NCBI GenBank assembly: GCA_033762915.1
Contig: JANRLD010000026.1
Location: 1-64,000, forward strand
Source: Meiothermus sp.
GTDB taxonomy: Bacteria; Deinococcota; Deinococci; Deinococcales; Thermaceae
DNA: 64,000 bases
Direction: 5' to 3'
The position numbers and the translations under genes were made by a program. This document shows, in pieces, positions 37,632-47,438 of this stretch; within the stretch, counting starts at the first letter, position 1, and the number at the start of each line of letters is the position of its first letter. The notes beneath the pieces are model-generated. The model was not told where the DNA came from. It saw only the letters and a list, made by a program, of their open reading frames with translations, and did no database searches.

Positions 37632-37785
37632 TAGGCATTCGTGAACCACCTCAGACGGGGAATTTGTGACCTGCCGGCGTGTCTTCTGCGCCTTGAGCCT
37701 GTACAGTGGTATCCTCGTGTACACTGGTGTTTAGCCAGACGGCTCGCGCTTTGGCGCGAAGAGGTTTCCCCTCGGAGGTGAAGTT

Positions 37786-38340
37786 ATAAAGGACGTACCC
37801 TACAACGAAAGAATCCGCGTGCGCCAGGTGCGCCTGATTGATGAGGAGGGCAACCAGCTGGGCGTGGTGGACACCCGCGAGGCCCAGCGGCTGGCCAAGG
37901 AGCGGGAGTACGACCTGGTGCTGGTCTCGCCCAATGCGGTTCCGCCGGTGGCGAAGCTGCTCGACTACGGCAAGTGGCGCTACGAGCAGCAGCAGGCCGA
38001 CAAGGAGTCCCGCAAGAAGGCCAAGCGCACCGAACTTAAGAGCATTAAGCTGCGCCCCAAGATCGAGGCCCACGACTACGGCGTCAAGATGGGCCACGTT
38101 AAGCGCTTCCTCGAGGAAGGCCACAAGGTCAAGGTGACCATCATGTTCCGTGGCCGCGAGATGGCCCACCCGGAGTTGGGCACCCGGCTGCTCGAGAAGC
38201 TGGTCAAGGATCTCGAGGGCGTCGGTTTCATGGAGATGCGCCCCGAGATGCTGGGCCGCGACATGAACATGGTGATGGCGCCGGGCAACAAGCCCGCGCC
38301 TGCGGCCGCCCCGGCCGCCGCGCCCGCGTCGTCGAGTTAG
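37786..38340 (+). CDS. infC: Translation initiation factor IF-3, ATA start
   Basis: NERIR..QVRLID, PPVAKLLDYGK and KVKVTIMFRGRE motifs; GGAGGTG lies 5 nt before the in-frame ATA. Confidence 0.96.
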   Translation: MKDVPYNERIRVRQVRLIDEEGNQLGVVDTREAQRLAKEREYDLVLVSPNAVPPVAKLLDYGKWRYEQQQADKESRKKAKRTELKSIKLRPKIEAHDYGVKMGHVKRFLEEGHKVKVTIMFRGREMAHPELGTRLLEKLVKDLEGVGFMEMRPEMLGRDMNMVMAPGNKPAPAAAPAAAPASSS

Positions 38341-38371
38341 CCGAACCGCCAAGGCCAAAACCAAAACGCTC

Positions 38372-38398
38372 GAGGCCGGACGAGAGTCCGGCCTCTTT
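38372..38398 (+). terminator. Intrinsic terminator after infC
   Basis: GAGGCCGGAC-GAGA-GTCCGGCCTC-TTT. Confidence 0.75.
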
Positions 38399-38461
38399 GC
38401 CGGCTCCTTCTGGCGCCCACAGCGGTCCTCTGACCCAACACCTCTCCCTCGCCCCTGGTCT

Positions 38462-39634
38462 TTACCCCACTCTTTGTTCCCTGTTTCCCTGCCTCCACGC
38501 CGCCACCGCCCCCAGCAGCAGCACCGCTGTGGACAGCCCTAGCCCGGCCTGCAAGCCGCCGGTCAGGTCGGAGACGTAGCCGGTGACGATCGGCCCCAGG
38601 GCCTGACCTAGCGCGAAGGCGGCGGTAAAGATGGAGAGGGCCAGCGGCCAGACTGTCGCGGGCAGGAACTTGCGCACCAGGGCGGTCATGGCGGTGACCA
38701 CCGGCAGGAAGCCCAGCCCGAACAGAGCCGCCGAGACCAACATCAGCCCGAAGCTGTTGCCCAGCAGCGGCAGCACCGAGCCCGCCGCCACCGTGAGCAG
38801 CAGGATCATCATGGCCCGGCCGTTCTGACTGCGGTCGATCAGCCGCCCCCAAATGCCCGCGGCCGCCATCACGCTGAGGCCCAGCAGTCCCCAGCAGGCC
38901 GCGATCTGCCAGGCCGCGAAGCCACTCTGGCGTAGGAACGAGATGATGAACGTCATGTAGGCGATGTAGCCCAGCGCGAACAGGAAGTAGGCCAGCAGCG
39001 CGGGCAGCAGTGGGCGCAGCGACCACGGCTCCCGGCCCGCCCCGCCCCGTCCCAATGGCTCCTCGACCTGCCGCACCGCCCACACCGCCACCCCCAGCGC
39101 CGCCAGGGTGGCGAGGCCCAGCCCGACCCAGGCCTGGGGCCAGAGGGCCAGGTTGGCTCCGAGGGGGAACGGCAGACTCACTCCCGTCAGCAGAATTCCC
39201 AGCCCCACCCCGCCAAAGTACGTTCCGATAATCAGGGCTGCCCGGCCCGGCAGCCGGTTCGCCACCACCGAGGCCAGCGCCCCACCCGCGATGAAGATCA
39301 CCGCCCCAGTGGCCCCGGCGATCAGCCGCAGCACCAGCAGCACGGTGTAGTCCGTACTAAACCCACAGGCCAGCAGCGCCAGGGCGGTCAGGAAAATCCC
39401 CCACCCGAAGGCCCCCCGCACCCCCAGCCGCCCCAACACCGCCGGGGCCGCCAGTGACCCCACCAGATACCCGACCGCGTTGGCGGCGTTCATACCGCCC
39501 GCCAGCGTGTACGACCACCCCAGATCGGCCTGCATGGCGGGCAACAGCAGCGCGTAGGCGAAGCGGGCAAAGCCCAGCGCCACGACCGCGCCCATAGAGA
39601 GGCCGAAGGCGACAAGGAGGGGGGAGGGGGGCAT
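38462..39634 (-). CDS. YbfB/YjiJ-like MFS transporter
   Basis: GFARFAYALLLPAM..DLGW and N..GYL.G motifs, about 12 TM segments. Confidence 0.88.
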   Translation of the reverse strand: MPPSPLLVAFGLSMGAVVALGFARFAYALLLPAMQADLGWSYTLAGGMNAANAVGYLVGSLAAPAVLGRLGVRGAFGWGIFLTALALLACGFSTDYTVLLVLRLIAGATGAVIFIAGGALASVVANRLPGRAALIIGTYFGGVGLGILLTGVSLPFPLGANLALWPQAWVGLGLATLAALGVAVWAVRQVEEPLGRGGAGREPWSLRPLLPALLAYFLFALGYIAYMTFIISFLRQSGFAAWQIAACWGLLGLSVMAAAGIWGRLIDRSQNGRAMMILLLTVAAGSVLPLLGNSFGLMLVSAALFGLGFLPVVTAMTALVRKFLPATVWPLALSIFTAAFALGQALGPIVTGYVSDLTGGLQAGLGLSTAVLLLGAVAAWRQGNREQRVG

Positions 39635-39705
39635 AGTAGAGGTGTGGGGGAAGGTGAGGAGGCCGAAAGGGTGAGGTTGGGGTTGGGTGACTGTCGAGCT
39701 GAGGC

Positions 39706-40524
39706 TCACCCAGTGCTCAAGGCCTCCCAAAGGAAATCCAGGGTGTCTCGAGCCAGCGCCACGCGGTGGGAGGCCAGGCTGTGGTCGGTTTCATAGAGGA
39801 CTTGGCGAGCATGGGGGAGGGCTTCGGCCAGGGGATGGTGAGACAGCTCGAGTGTGGCGATGGTGTCCTGGGTAGCTCCGACCAGCAGGAGGGGTGTTTG
39901 GGCCAGACGGGGGGCCTGGCCCAGCAGGTCCCAGGCCTCGCCGTGGCGCAGCATCTCCTCGATCAGTGCCTGGCCGGAAGTGCCGGCCAGCGGCAGCACC
40001 TCGCCCTCGAAGGCTTCCGCCCACTGCCGGACGCTGTCGGGGTTGTCCAGCACCCTGCGGGTGAAGCGCCCAAAGTTGAACCCGCAGATCGAGACGGCGG
40101 CCCGGACGCCCAGTCCTCGAGCCGTGCCCATCAGGGCGATCCAACCCCCCATGCTGTGCCCCACCAGGGCTATGCGCCCGGGGTCGATTTGGTAACGTGC
40201 AGCATTCTGGCATAGGAACTCCAGCGCGGGCGGTAGGTCCTCGAGGCAGTTCTCGAAGCTGAAACTGCCCTGGCTGCCCCAGGCCCCCCGGTAGTGAAAC
40301 ACCGCAGCGTTGAAGCCTGCCCGCCGGTAGATTTGGGCTAGGTCGAAGTTGCGCTCATTGCCCGGGAAGCCGTGCAGCAGCAGGACCGTAGGTTTCGGCC
40401 CCGCCCCGCCCGCGGTCAGGATAACGCCGTTGAGCATGGCCCCGTGGCTGCGGAAGTGGAAGTCGGCCGTGGAGGGCGCAAACTCGGGGTCGAAGACGGG
40501 GTCTTGGGTGAAGGGGTCAGTCAT
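39706..40524 (-). CDS. Alpha/beta hydrolase
   Basis: LHGFPG oxyanion motif, GHSMGG nucleophile elbow, TDHS. Confidence 0.9.
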   Translation of the reverse strand: MTDPFTQDPVFDPEFAPSTADFHFRSHGAMLNGVILTAGGAGPKPTVLLLHGFPGNERNFDLAQIYRRAGFNAAVFHYRGAWGSQGSFSFENCLEDLPPALEFLCQNAARYQIDPGRIALVGHSMGGWIALMGTARGLGVRAAVSICGFNFGRFTRRVLDNPDSVRQWAEAFEGEVLPLAGTSGQALIEEMLRHGEAWDLLGQAPRLAQTPLLLVGATQDTIATLELSHHPLAEALPHARQVLYETDHSLASHRVALARDTLDFLWEALSTG

Positions 40525-40544
40525 GGGAATCTCAGCCTCCAGGG

Positions 40545-41123
40545 TCAGAACGGGCGGCGGCTCGCGCTCTCGATTAACACCTTGGCCGCCTGAAAGGCGT
40601 ACCGCGCCACGCCGGGGTCGCTACGGATGACCGCGGTGACATTGCTGCCGTCCATCAGCAGCATCAGCTGGTTGGAGAGGGTCGCGGGGTCGCTGAGGCC
40701 GGCCTCTTGGGCCAGCTCCTCGAGGCGTCCCCGCACCTCCTCTTTGTAGCGGTGGGCCAGCTGGTGGGCCGGGTGCTGCGGGTTGGCCAGCTCGATGCTG
40801 GCGTTGATCAGGGTGCAGCCGCGCACCTCGTTGAGCTCGATCCAGGTCTGCTGGCGCTCCAGGATCGTCAGCAGCGCCGCTTTGGGGTTGGGGCTGCCGG
40901 CGATGATCGCGTCTAGCCAGGCGCGGTTGCGGCCCAGGCGGTGCTCGAGTACCGCCACCACCAGTTCGTCCTTGGAGGCGAAGTGGTTGTAGAGGCTCAT
41001 GTAGGCCACCTTGGCCTTGCGCGCCACTTCCTTAAGCCCGACGTTCTGAATCCCCTGCCGGTAGTAGAGCTCGTAGGCGGCCTCGACCACTCGAGCGCGG
41101 GTTGTGGCGGGACTCTGGGGCAC
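40545..41123 (-). CDS. TetR/AcrR family regulator
   Basis: N-terminal HTH ending SLYNHFASKDELV; RGC..IN motif. Confidence 0.92.
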   Translation of the reverse strand: MPQSPATTRARVVEAAYELYYRQGIQNVGLKEVARKAKVAYMSLYNHFASKDELVVAVLEHRLGRNRAWLDAIIAGSPNPKAALLTILERQQTWIELNEVRGCTLINASIELANPQHPAHQLAHRYKEEVRGRLEELAQEAGLSDPATLSNQLMLLMDGSNVTAVIRSDPGVARYAFQAAKVLIESASRRPF

Positions 41124-41129
41124 GGAAAA

Positions 41130-41159
41130 AGTATATAGATCGGTCTATATAAATTACAA
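41130..41159 (-). promoter_or_regulatory. Leaderless promoter (TTGTAA-N18-TATACT) with the palindromic operator TATATAGA-N4-TCTATATA
   Basis: Palindrome at 41132-41151 overlaps the -10, which lies 6 nt before the tetR GTG. Confidence 0.8.
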
Positions 41160-41222
41160 GCCGAAGGCTGAGTGCGCTCCCTTATCAAGTCGGCAGAGGC
41201 TTCCGAAGCCGACACCGCTACG

Positions 41223-41342
41223 TAAGTTGCTCCATAGTGAGATTGCAGGACTTCAGCACAGCCTCATCCGCGAGCGGCTTGTGGGCGCACGCCCGATCCA
41301 TTGGCGGGTGCGGATGCTGCGATTCCACTATGGAGACACTTA
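41223..41342. mobile_element. Possible MITE with 15/17 terminal inverted repeats (TAAGT(TG/GT)CTCCATAGTG)
   Basis: Inverted ends read directly; a matching end CTATGGAGACAC also occurs near 6506. Confidence 0.5.
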
Positions 41343-41456
41343 GAGTCCTGATCGGAAAAATCCTGCAGGACGAACCCTCGGGCAGTGCCCTCAACGAACG
41401 GGGCCTCGAGTTTCCGAGGCCCCGCCCCAATACCGTCCTAACCTCGAGTGCAGGGG

Positions 41457-43430
41457 CTAGGCCTCGGTTTTGGCTTGCTTTTCGGCGATGACCTTCTGGG
41501 CCAGGTTGGGCGGCACCTCGGCGTAGTGGCTGAACTCGAGGCTGTACGCGCCCGTGCCTTGGGTCAGCCCCGACAGGGTGCGGCTGTACTCGAGCACCTC
41601 TGCCAGCGGGGCCTCGGCGTTCACGACCGCCAGCGCGCCGTCTTGATCCATCCCCAGAATCCGCCCGCGCCGCGACTGCATGTCCGAGAGGATGTCGCCC
41701 ACCCGCTCCTGCGGGACAAAGATCTTCAGGGTGTAGACGGGCTCGAGGAGGGTCGGGCTGCACTGGGTGATCACGGTCTTGAAGGCCAGCTGGGCGGCAA
41801 GCTGGAAGGCCATGTCGGAGGAGTCGACGTCGTGATAGGAGCCGTGGTAGACGCTGGCCTTGTAGCCGATCACCGGGTAGCCGGCCAGCACGCCCTGCCG
41901 GGCGGCGTCCTTGATGCCCATCTCCACCGACTCGGTGTACTTGGTGGGAATGACGCCGCCCGTAATCTCCCAGACGAACTGGTAGTCCTCGTGGGGCTCG
42001 AGCCGCAGGTGCACGTCGCCGTACTGCCCGTGGCCGCCGGACTGTTTCTTATGCTTGCCTTGGCCCTCGGCCTTGCGGCGGATGGTCTCGCGGTAGGGGA
42101 TTTTGGGCGGCTTAGAGGTGACCTTCACGCCGTAGTCGGCCAGGCGCTCCTTGGCGGTCTCGAGGTGCAGGTCGCCCATGCCCCAGAGGATCTGCTCGGA
42201 GGTCTCGGGGTTGCGCTCGAACTTGAGGCTGGGGTCTTCCTCCAGCAGCTTCCGCAGCGCGTCGCCCAGCTTGGCCTCGTCGCCCCGGCTCTCCGGCGCG
42301 ATGGCCACCATCGCCACGGGGTCGGGAAGCCGGGCCGAGGGGAACTCCAGGCGCGTCCCCGTCCACAGCTCCATGCCCTTGTGCAGGCTGTCGGCCTTGG
42401 GCAGCGCCAGGATGGTGCCGGCCTCGGCCTCCTCGAGTTCGACCAGGTCCTTGCCCTTGGCGGTGTAGACGTGGGCCAGCCGCACCGTGCCGCCGTCGGA
42501 CTGCAGGGTGTCGCCCGCCTTCAGTTTTCCCCGGTACAGCCGGGCGAAGGCCACCTGCCCCATGAAGGGGTCGACCTGCACCTTAAAGACCTTGGCCGCG
42601 CAGCTACCCTCGCCCCAGCGCTCGGTGGGGGAGGGTAGGGCCTCAAGGAACAGATCCAGCAGCAGGTCGAGGCCGATGAGGGCGCCCGAGGAGCCGATCG
42701 CCACCGGGAAGACCTGCCCCTTGCGCACTGCCTCGTGGAAGGCGCGGGAGAGCGCCACCTCCTCGACCTCGCCACCCTCGAGGTATTTCTCCAGCAAGCT
42801 CTCGTCGGTCTCGATGATGGCTTCTCTGGCCTCGTTGCGGTACTTCTCGACGGCGGCCTTCTGGTCTTCGGGGATGCTGGTGACGACCGGGCGGCCCTTC
42901 TCGTACCGGAAGGCCCGGTCGTGGAGCACGTCAATCAGCCCCACCCACTGCCCGCCCTCGTAGAGCGGCAGGTGGGCCGGGATGATGTGGCCTAGCGTCG
43001 AGCGCAGGTCCTCGAGGAGCGAAAAAAAGTCGCCACCTTTCTCGAGCTTGGTGACGACGATCATGCGCGGGAGCTCTAGACGCTCAGCGACCGTCCACGC
43101 CCGCTCGGTGCCGATCTGCACCCCCGCCTCCGCCGAGACCGCCACCACCGCCGCGTCCGCTGCCTCCATCGCCGAGCGAATTTCGCCCACGAAGTCGGCG
43201 TAGCCTGGCGCGTCGAGCATGTAAATCTTGTGCCCCTGGTAGGTCAGCGGCAGCACCGCCGTGCGCACCGAGACGTGGTGGGCCTTCTCCTCGGGGGTGT
43301 AGTCGGAGGTGGTGTTGCCGTCCTCTACCTTGCCCATGCGGTCCTTGCCCCCGGTGAAGTAGAGGAGCGCCTCACCGAGAGTGGTTTTTCCACTGCCGCT
43401 ATGACCTACCAGAGCCAGCGTGCGAATCAT
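41457..43430 (-). CDS. fusA2: Elongation factor G-2 (EF-G paralog)
   Basis: GHSGSGKTT, DAPGYADF, KKQSGGHGQYGDV and GSYHDVDSS motifs; 657 aa, Thermus EF-G-2-like. Confidence 0.92.
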   Translation of the reverse strand: MIRTLALVGHSGSGKTTLGEALLYFTGGKDRMGKVEDGNTTSDYTPEEKAHHVSVRTAVLPLTYQGHKIYMLDAPGYADFVGEIRSAMEAADAAVVAVSAEAGVQIGTERAWTVAERLELPRMIVVTKLEKGGDFFSLLEDLRSTLGHIIPAHLPLYEGGQWVGLIDVLHDRAFRYEKGRPVVTSIPEDQKAAVEKYRNEAREAIIETDESLLEKYLEGGEVEEVALSRAFHEAVRKGQVFPVAIGSSGALIGLDLLLDLFLEALPSPTERWGEGSCAAKVFKVQVDPFMGQVAFARLYRGKLKAGDTLQSDGGTVRLAHVYTAKGKDLVELEEAEAGTILALPKADSLHKGMELWTGTRLEFPSARLPDPVAMVAIAPESRGDEAKLGDALRKLLEEDPSLKFERNPETSEQILWGMGDLHLETAKERLADYGVKVTSKPPKIPYRETIRRKAEGQGKHKKQSGGHGQYGDVHLRLEPHEDYQFVWEITGGVIPTKYTESVEMGIKDAARQGVLAGYPVIGYKASVYHGSYHDVDSSDMAFQLAAQLAFKTVITQCSPTLLEPVYTLKIFVPQERVGDILSDMQSRRGRILGMDQDGALAVVNAEAPLAEVLEYSRTLSGLTQGTGAYSLEFSHYAEVPPNLAQKVIAEKQAKTEA

Positions 43431-43704
43431 CCTTCGCCTCCTTTGTGCCCGCCGCCCGAGGGGTACAAAAAACCCATCTACCTATAGCCACGGTAGAACC
43501 GTTTCGGGGAGCGCTGCGATTGTGGGGCAAGTCTACATCTTTGGCAGATGAAAAAACACCCAGAGGAATGTCCCTCCGCGAAAAGAGAGCAGGAGAAAAA
43601 GGCGAAGGGAAGAACTCGAGTCGGTTCAGCTCACCGCACCATCAGGGGAGGCGGCGCGCCGAATGCGGACTGCCATAGAAGCCTCCGCGATCCTTTCGTT
43701 TGCT

Positions 43705-43775
43705 GCGAGGTAATGACGCTCTATGGCAAAAACCGCCCGCTTTAGCGCTGTAGGGAGTATGCGTGGGAACTGCTC
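43705..43775 (-). mobile_element. Truncated MITE family A type II with the 12-nt module
   Basis: Minus strand reads GAGCAGTTCCCACGCATACTCCCTACAGCG-CTAAAGCGGGCG-GTTTTTGC. Confidence 0.7.
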
Positions 43776-43793
43776 CAGGGCGCAGAAAGCCCC

Positions 43794-43827
43794 AAAAAAG
43801 CCACCTGCTCGAGCCGAGCAGGTGGCT
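43794..43827 (-). terminator. Intrinsic terminator
   Basis: 13-bp stem AGCCACCTGCTCG/CGAGCAGGTGGCT followed by a T-tract on the minus strand. Confidence 0.8.
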
Positions 43828-43860
43828 AAATGCTAACCTCTAGCGGCTAACCGCCCACCC

Positions 43861-46800
43861 TCAGGGGTTCACCGTGGTCATGTCCACGAAGGTATAGCCC
43901 AGGTTTCGGATCTCGCGGATGATGCGCTCGAGTTCCGACAAGGGATAGCCGTCCGCGCCGGTGTAGCCGGGGGCGGTGATGGAGGGGTGGGTGAAGAAGC
44001 TGGCCCAGGGGCAGCGCAACGGGCGGTTGGCCCGCGCCAGCTCGATGATGTCGTTGGGGCGCTTGGTGGCGTCGATGTACTCGAGGGTCTCGGGCACGAT
44101 TAAAGCACCGGAAACGTCGCGCAGGGCGTAGGGGAAGAACTGGCCGGTGGTCATGGTTCCGGCGCGGTAGAGGCGGCCCTCAAAGAAGCGGGGGAAGAGC
44201 GGGTTGACAAGCGGGTAGAAGTCCGGCTCCATCTCGTAGTGGGGGGTCGTCCAGCCGACCGGGGTGAGGCCCAGGTCGCGCAGGATCTGGTTGCCGGCGT
44301 TGATGCGGTTGACCGCACCCTGGGCGGTCAGGCCCGCTATCGGCCCGGAAGTGTTGACGTTCCAGAACTCCCAGTCGATCACCGAGACCCCCAGCGGCAG
44401 CCGCAGGTTCTCGTACTGGTGGGTGTAGCCGTGCTGGATAATGCGCCCGCCGATGCGCTCGACCCGGCGGAGCTGCTCCAGCATGGCGGGCCGGTCCTGC
44501 CAGCGGATCTGGGTGACGGGGGTGGTGCGGTTGTCGGTGTAGAGGGGCACCGCCGTCACCGCGAAGGGCACCTGAAGGCGCTCGAGCAGGTCCAGCACGG
44601 CGCGGAAGGCCGCCACGTCGTACTCAGCGGTGATGTCCTCGAGCCGCAACAGCGCCCTCGGCTGGCAGCTCTGGGGGCGGCCGACCATCTCGGCGATCAG
44701 GTCGGCGAAGACCAGGTAGCGGTCGCCCCGGTAGATATAGGTGAGGGGGTTGTCGGCCACGAACCAGAAGTTGCGCCGCTGCACCACGTAGGGCAGCACC
44801 GTGCCGGGGGTATTGCGGATGGTGGCGTGGGTGACCGCGTCGGTCACCCCGGAGGCCACCGCTACCTCGATCAGCTCGAGGGGGGCCCGCTGCTTGCGGT
44901 AGTTGTAGCCCTTATAAGACACAGTGTTGAAGCCGTTGGTGCTGTCGTACTGCGCGGCCGAGCTGGTCGAGCGCACCTGGCGGTAGACCAGCCCCAGGCT
45001 GTTCTGCTGGGTGCTGCTGAACTGCCAGTAGTTGTAGCCGATCCAGGTGACCGGGGCTCCGTTGAGGATGTCGGTGCGGAAGGCGGCGGGGATCGGCTCA
45101 TCAAAAACCGAGCCCAGGTAGAAGGTGCGCACCGTGTTGCCGGCCTGACCGGCCTGGTAGCTGGTGATGGGCTGGAGGATAACCTGGAAGTTGAAGCGTC
45201 CCAGCAGGTTGGCCAGCATGGTGGCGTAGAGTCGGGCGGCGTCGGTGTCGTTGTAGGCCTGGGTGCCCACTCGCTCGTCGGGGAAGACCCGGTTGGCGGC
45301 GGCGGTGGGGACGCTGTAGAGGACCCGCACCACGCCGCTCACCGAGGGGGCAGGGGTGGTGACCGAGAGTTCCACTCCCGAACTGCTGCCCGCGCCGTTC
45401 GCGGCCCGCAGGCGGTAGGTATAGGCGGTGCTGGCGGTGAGGCCGGAGTCGGTGTAGGTGGTGGCGGTGATGTTGCCGCCAATGCCGACGTAGGCCCCGG
45501 CGCCGGTGCGGCGCTCGAGGGTGTAGCCGGTGGCCCCGCTCGAGGCGCTCCAGCTCAGGGTTACGCCGGTTGGGGTCAGGTTGCTGCTGGCAAAGCCGGT
45601 GGGGTTGGCGGGTGGGGTGGGGGGTGGGGGGGCGGTCTCGGGGCTGAGGTTGAGGTCGTCGAACTGGCAGTCCTGGGCGGCGGTGGCGAGGTAGACGGCG
45701 GCCCAGGTGGTGCCTGCGGTCAGGGCCTGGGTCAGGTTTCTCTCTTCCCAGGTGGTGCCCTGGAAGCTAAGGGTGCGCGAGAACAGCACGCTGTTGCCGT
45801 TGCCCCCGGTGAACCCGATGGTGCAGGTTCCCCCCGCCGTGGTCTTGGCCCAGCCGCGCAGCACATAGTTGGTGCCGATGAGGAGGCTCGAGAAATCCAG
45901 GTCTTGTTGCACCCAGATGTAGTTGTTGCCCTGCAGGGCCTGACCGCCGGTGCGGCCTGCCACGCTGGTGGGAGTTCCGCCGAAGCTCTCCCAAGCCCCG
46001 CCGACCCCGCCTTCGAATCCGGGGTTGATCAGCAGGTTGCTGCTGGGCGGCGGGGGCGGGGGTGGGGGAGTCCCACCCGCAGTCAGGCTGAGGTCGTCGA
46101 AGCGGCACTCGCTGGTGTTGGAGGAGAGGAAGACTACTATCCAGGCGGTTCCAGCCGGCGGCGTGACGCCGACGGCCTTGCGCTCCCAGTCGCCTGTAAA
46201 GCTGAGGGTCTGGCTAAAGCTGGCCGTACTGCCGCTGCCGCCTTGCACCCCAACCGTGCAGACCCGCCCGCCCACCGAGCGGCCCCAGCCCTCGAGGGTG
46301 TAGTTGAGGCCCGCTTGCACAAAGTTGTCGGGCAGGTCCTGCTGCACCCAGGCGAAGCTGGAAGCCGAGGCTGCCTGACCCGTTCCGCCGCGCCCGGGGG
46401 TCACGGCGCTGAAGCTGCCGCCGTAGCGCACCCAGTTGCCCGTGCCGGACTCGAAGCCGGGGTTGAGCAGGAGGTTCTGGCCGGTGGGCACCGCCATGGC
46501 CTCGAGGCTTGCCGAGGGCGTGGGGGTCAGGTGGGAGCGGGGGATGGTCTGGCGCTCCTGGCTGGGGCTGCTCCACTCGAGGTGCAGCGCGGCCTCGGGG
46601 CCGGTCTTGACGAACTCAAGGCGGAGGTCGTAGGCGCGGCCTGCCTCGAGGCGAACCTCCTGGCCCTCGGCCACCGGTCGGCCGTCCAGCCAGAGCTGGG
46701 CCTGGCCGGTGGCGTTCAAGAAGAAGCGGTAGGGCTCGCTGTGCTGCGGGCGTACCTGACCCTGCCAGCGGGCGCTGAAGGCCCCCGGCCTCATCCCGAT

Positions 46801-46998
46801 GGCGGGCTCGGCGCTGCCCCACTCGAAGCGCACCTGGCGGTGGCGCTGGACGGTGGCCGGGCCACCAAACTGCTGGCCCGAAAAGTACTGCCCCTCTAGG
46901 CCCAAAAGCGTTCCGCTCGAGCCGCCGGGTGGCGAGGCGCACCCCACTAGCCCCAGCAGCCCAAGAACCAAGACCCCCCGCACGCTTCCTCGTCTCAT
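43861..46998 (-). CDS. Lipoprotein: PA14, two CBM4/9-like domains, FN3 and a DUF2334/polysaccharide-deacetylase-like domain
   Basis: Lipobox LVGC; FSARWQG (PA14); NLL.NPGFE twice; LSW...YTD..L....YTYR (FN3); RLED, HGYTH and PHY (NodB-like). Confidence 0.82.
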   Translation of the reverse strand: MRRGSVRGVLVLGLLGLVGCASPPGGSSGTLLGLEGQYFSGQQFGGPATVQRHRQVRFEWGSAEPAIGMRPGAFSARWQGQVRPQHSEPYRFFLNATGQAQLWLDGRPVAEGQEVRLEAGRAYDLRLEFVKTGPEAALHLEWSSPSQERQTIPRSHLTPTPSASLEAMAVPTGQNLLLNPGFESGTGNWVRYGGSFSAVTPGRGGTGQAASASSFAWVQQDLPDNFVQAGLNYTLEGWGRSVGGRVCTVGVQGGSGSTASFSQTLSFTGDWERKAVGVTPPAGTAWIVVFLSSNTSECRFDDLSLTAGGTPPPPPPPPSSNLLINPGFEGGVGGAWESFGGTPTSVAGRTGGQALQGNNYIWVQQDLDFSSLLIGTNYVLRGWAKTTAGGTCTIGFTGGNGNSVLFSRTLSFQGTTWEERNLTQALTAGTTWAAVYLATAAQDCQFDDLNLSPETAPPPPTPPANPTGFASSNLTPTGVTLSWSASSGATGYTLERRTGAGAYVGIGGNITATTYTDSGLTASTAYTYRLRAANGAGSSSGVELSVTTPAPSVSGVVRVLYSVPTAAANRVFPDERVGTQAYNDTDAARLYATMLANLLGRFNFQVILQPITSYQAGQAGNTVRTFYLGSVFDEPIPAAFRTDILNGAPVTWIGYNYWQFSSTQQNSLGLVYRQVRSTSSAAQYDSTNGFNTVSYKGYNYRKQRAPLELIEVAVASGVTDAVTHATIRNTPGTVLPYVVQRRNFWFVADNPLTYIYRGDRYLVFADLIAEMVGRPQSCQPRALLRLEDITAEYDVAAFRAVLDLLERLQVPFAVTAVPLYTDNRTTPVTQIRWQDRPAMLEQLRRVERIGGRIIQHGYTHQYENLRLPLGVSVIDWEFWNVNTSGPIAGLTAQGAVNRINAGNQILRDLGLTPVGWTTPHYEMEPDFYPLVNPLFPRFFEGRLYRAGTMTTGQFFPYALRDVSGALIVPETLEYIDATKRPNDIIELARANRPLRCPWASFFTHPSITAPGYTGADGYPLSELERIIREIRNLGYTFVDMTTVNP

Positions 46999-47237
46999 GC
47001 TTCTCCTCTAGTTTTCCCCGTTCGGCCCCTTTGCCCAGAGGCGGTTCAGGTTTGAGCGCTTACTATAGACTCTCGAATAAACAGCCTACGGCATTGTGCG
47101 ACACGATAAAACCCTTACATCCATCCACAGCTTACATGTGTTTCGTCTGCCCAGCCTCGTTATTGTTTGCGTTATCCGCGGCGCACCAATTTTTCGCCGA
47201 ACCGGCGGGTTCCCGCTTTGGCGAAAGAATAATTCTA

Positions 47238-47328
47238 GAGCGGTTCCCACGAACACTCGGCACGGCGGTTTTTACCGTACCGAGAGCGATACTCCGCACC
47301 GTGGGCGGAGTATGGGTGGGAAACGCGA
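47238..47328 (+). mobile_element. MITE family A type III, free-standing (91 bp)
   Basis: Same ends as type II; interior matches the nested copy at 10002-10092. Confidence 0.8.
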
Positions 47329-47438
47329 CAAGGGGCATTTCGGGCTCCATTAACTCCAGAACCCCTCGAGGCGGGGCTCGAGGGGCCAGAATGACCGGAT
47401 TCTTTTGTAACCGTAGGCGTAACGCCTTAGCGCCGGCT

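Noticed and set aside
37700..37780. L20 leader RNA upstream of infC
   Set aside because: Small hairpins are present, but I could not match the leader consensus and rplT is not in this transcription unit.
44239..46899. 886-aa plus-strand ORF
   Set aside because: Antisense shadow of the PA14/CBM lipoprotein gene.
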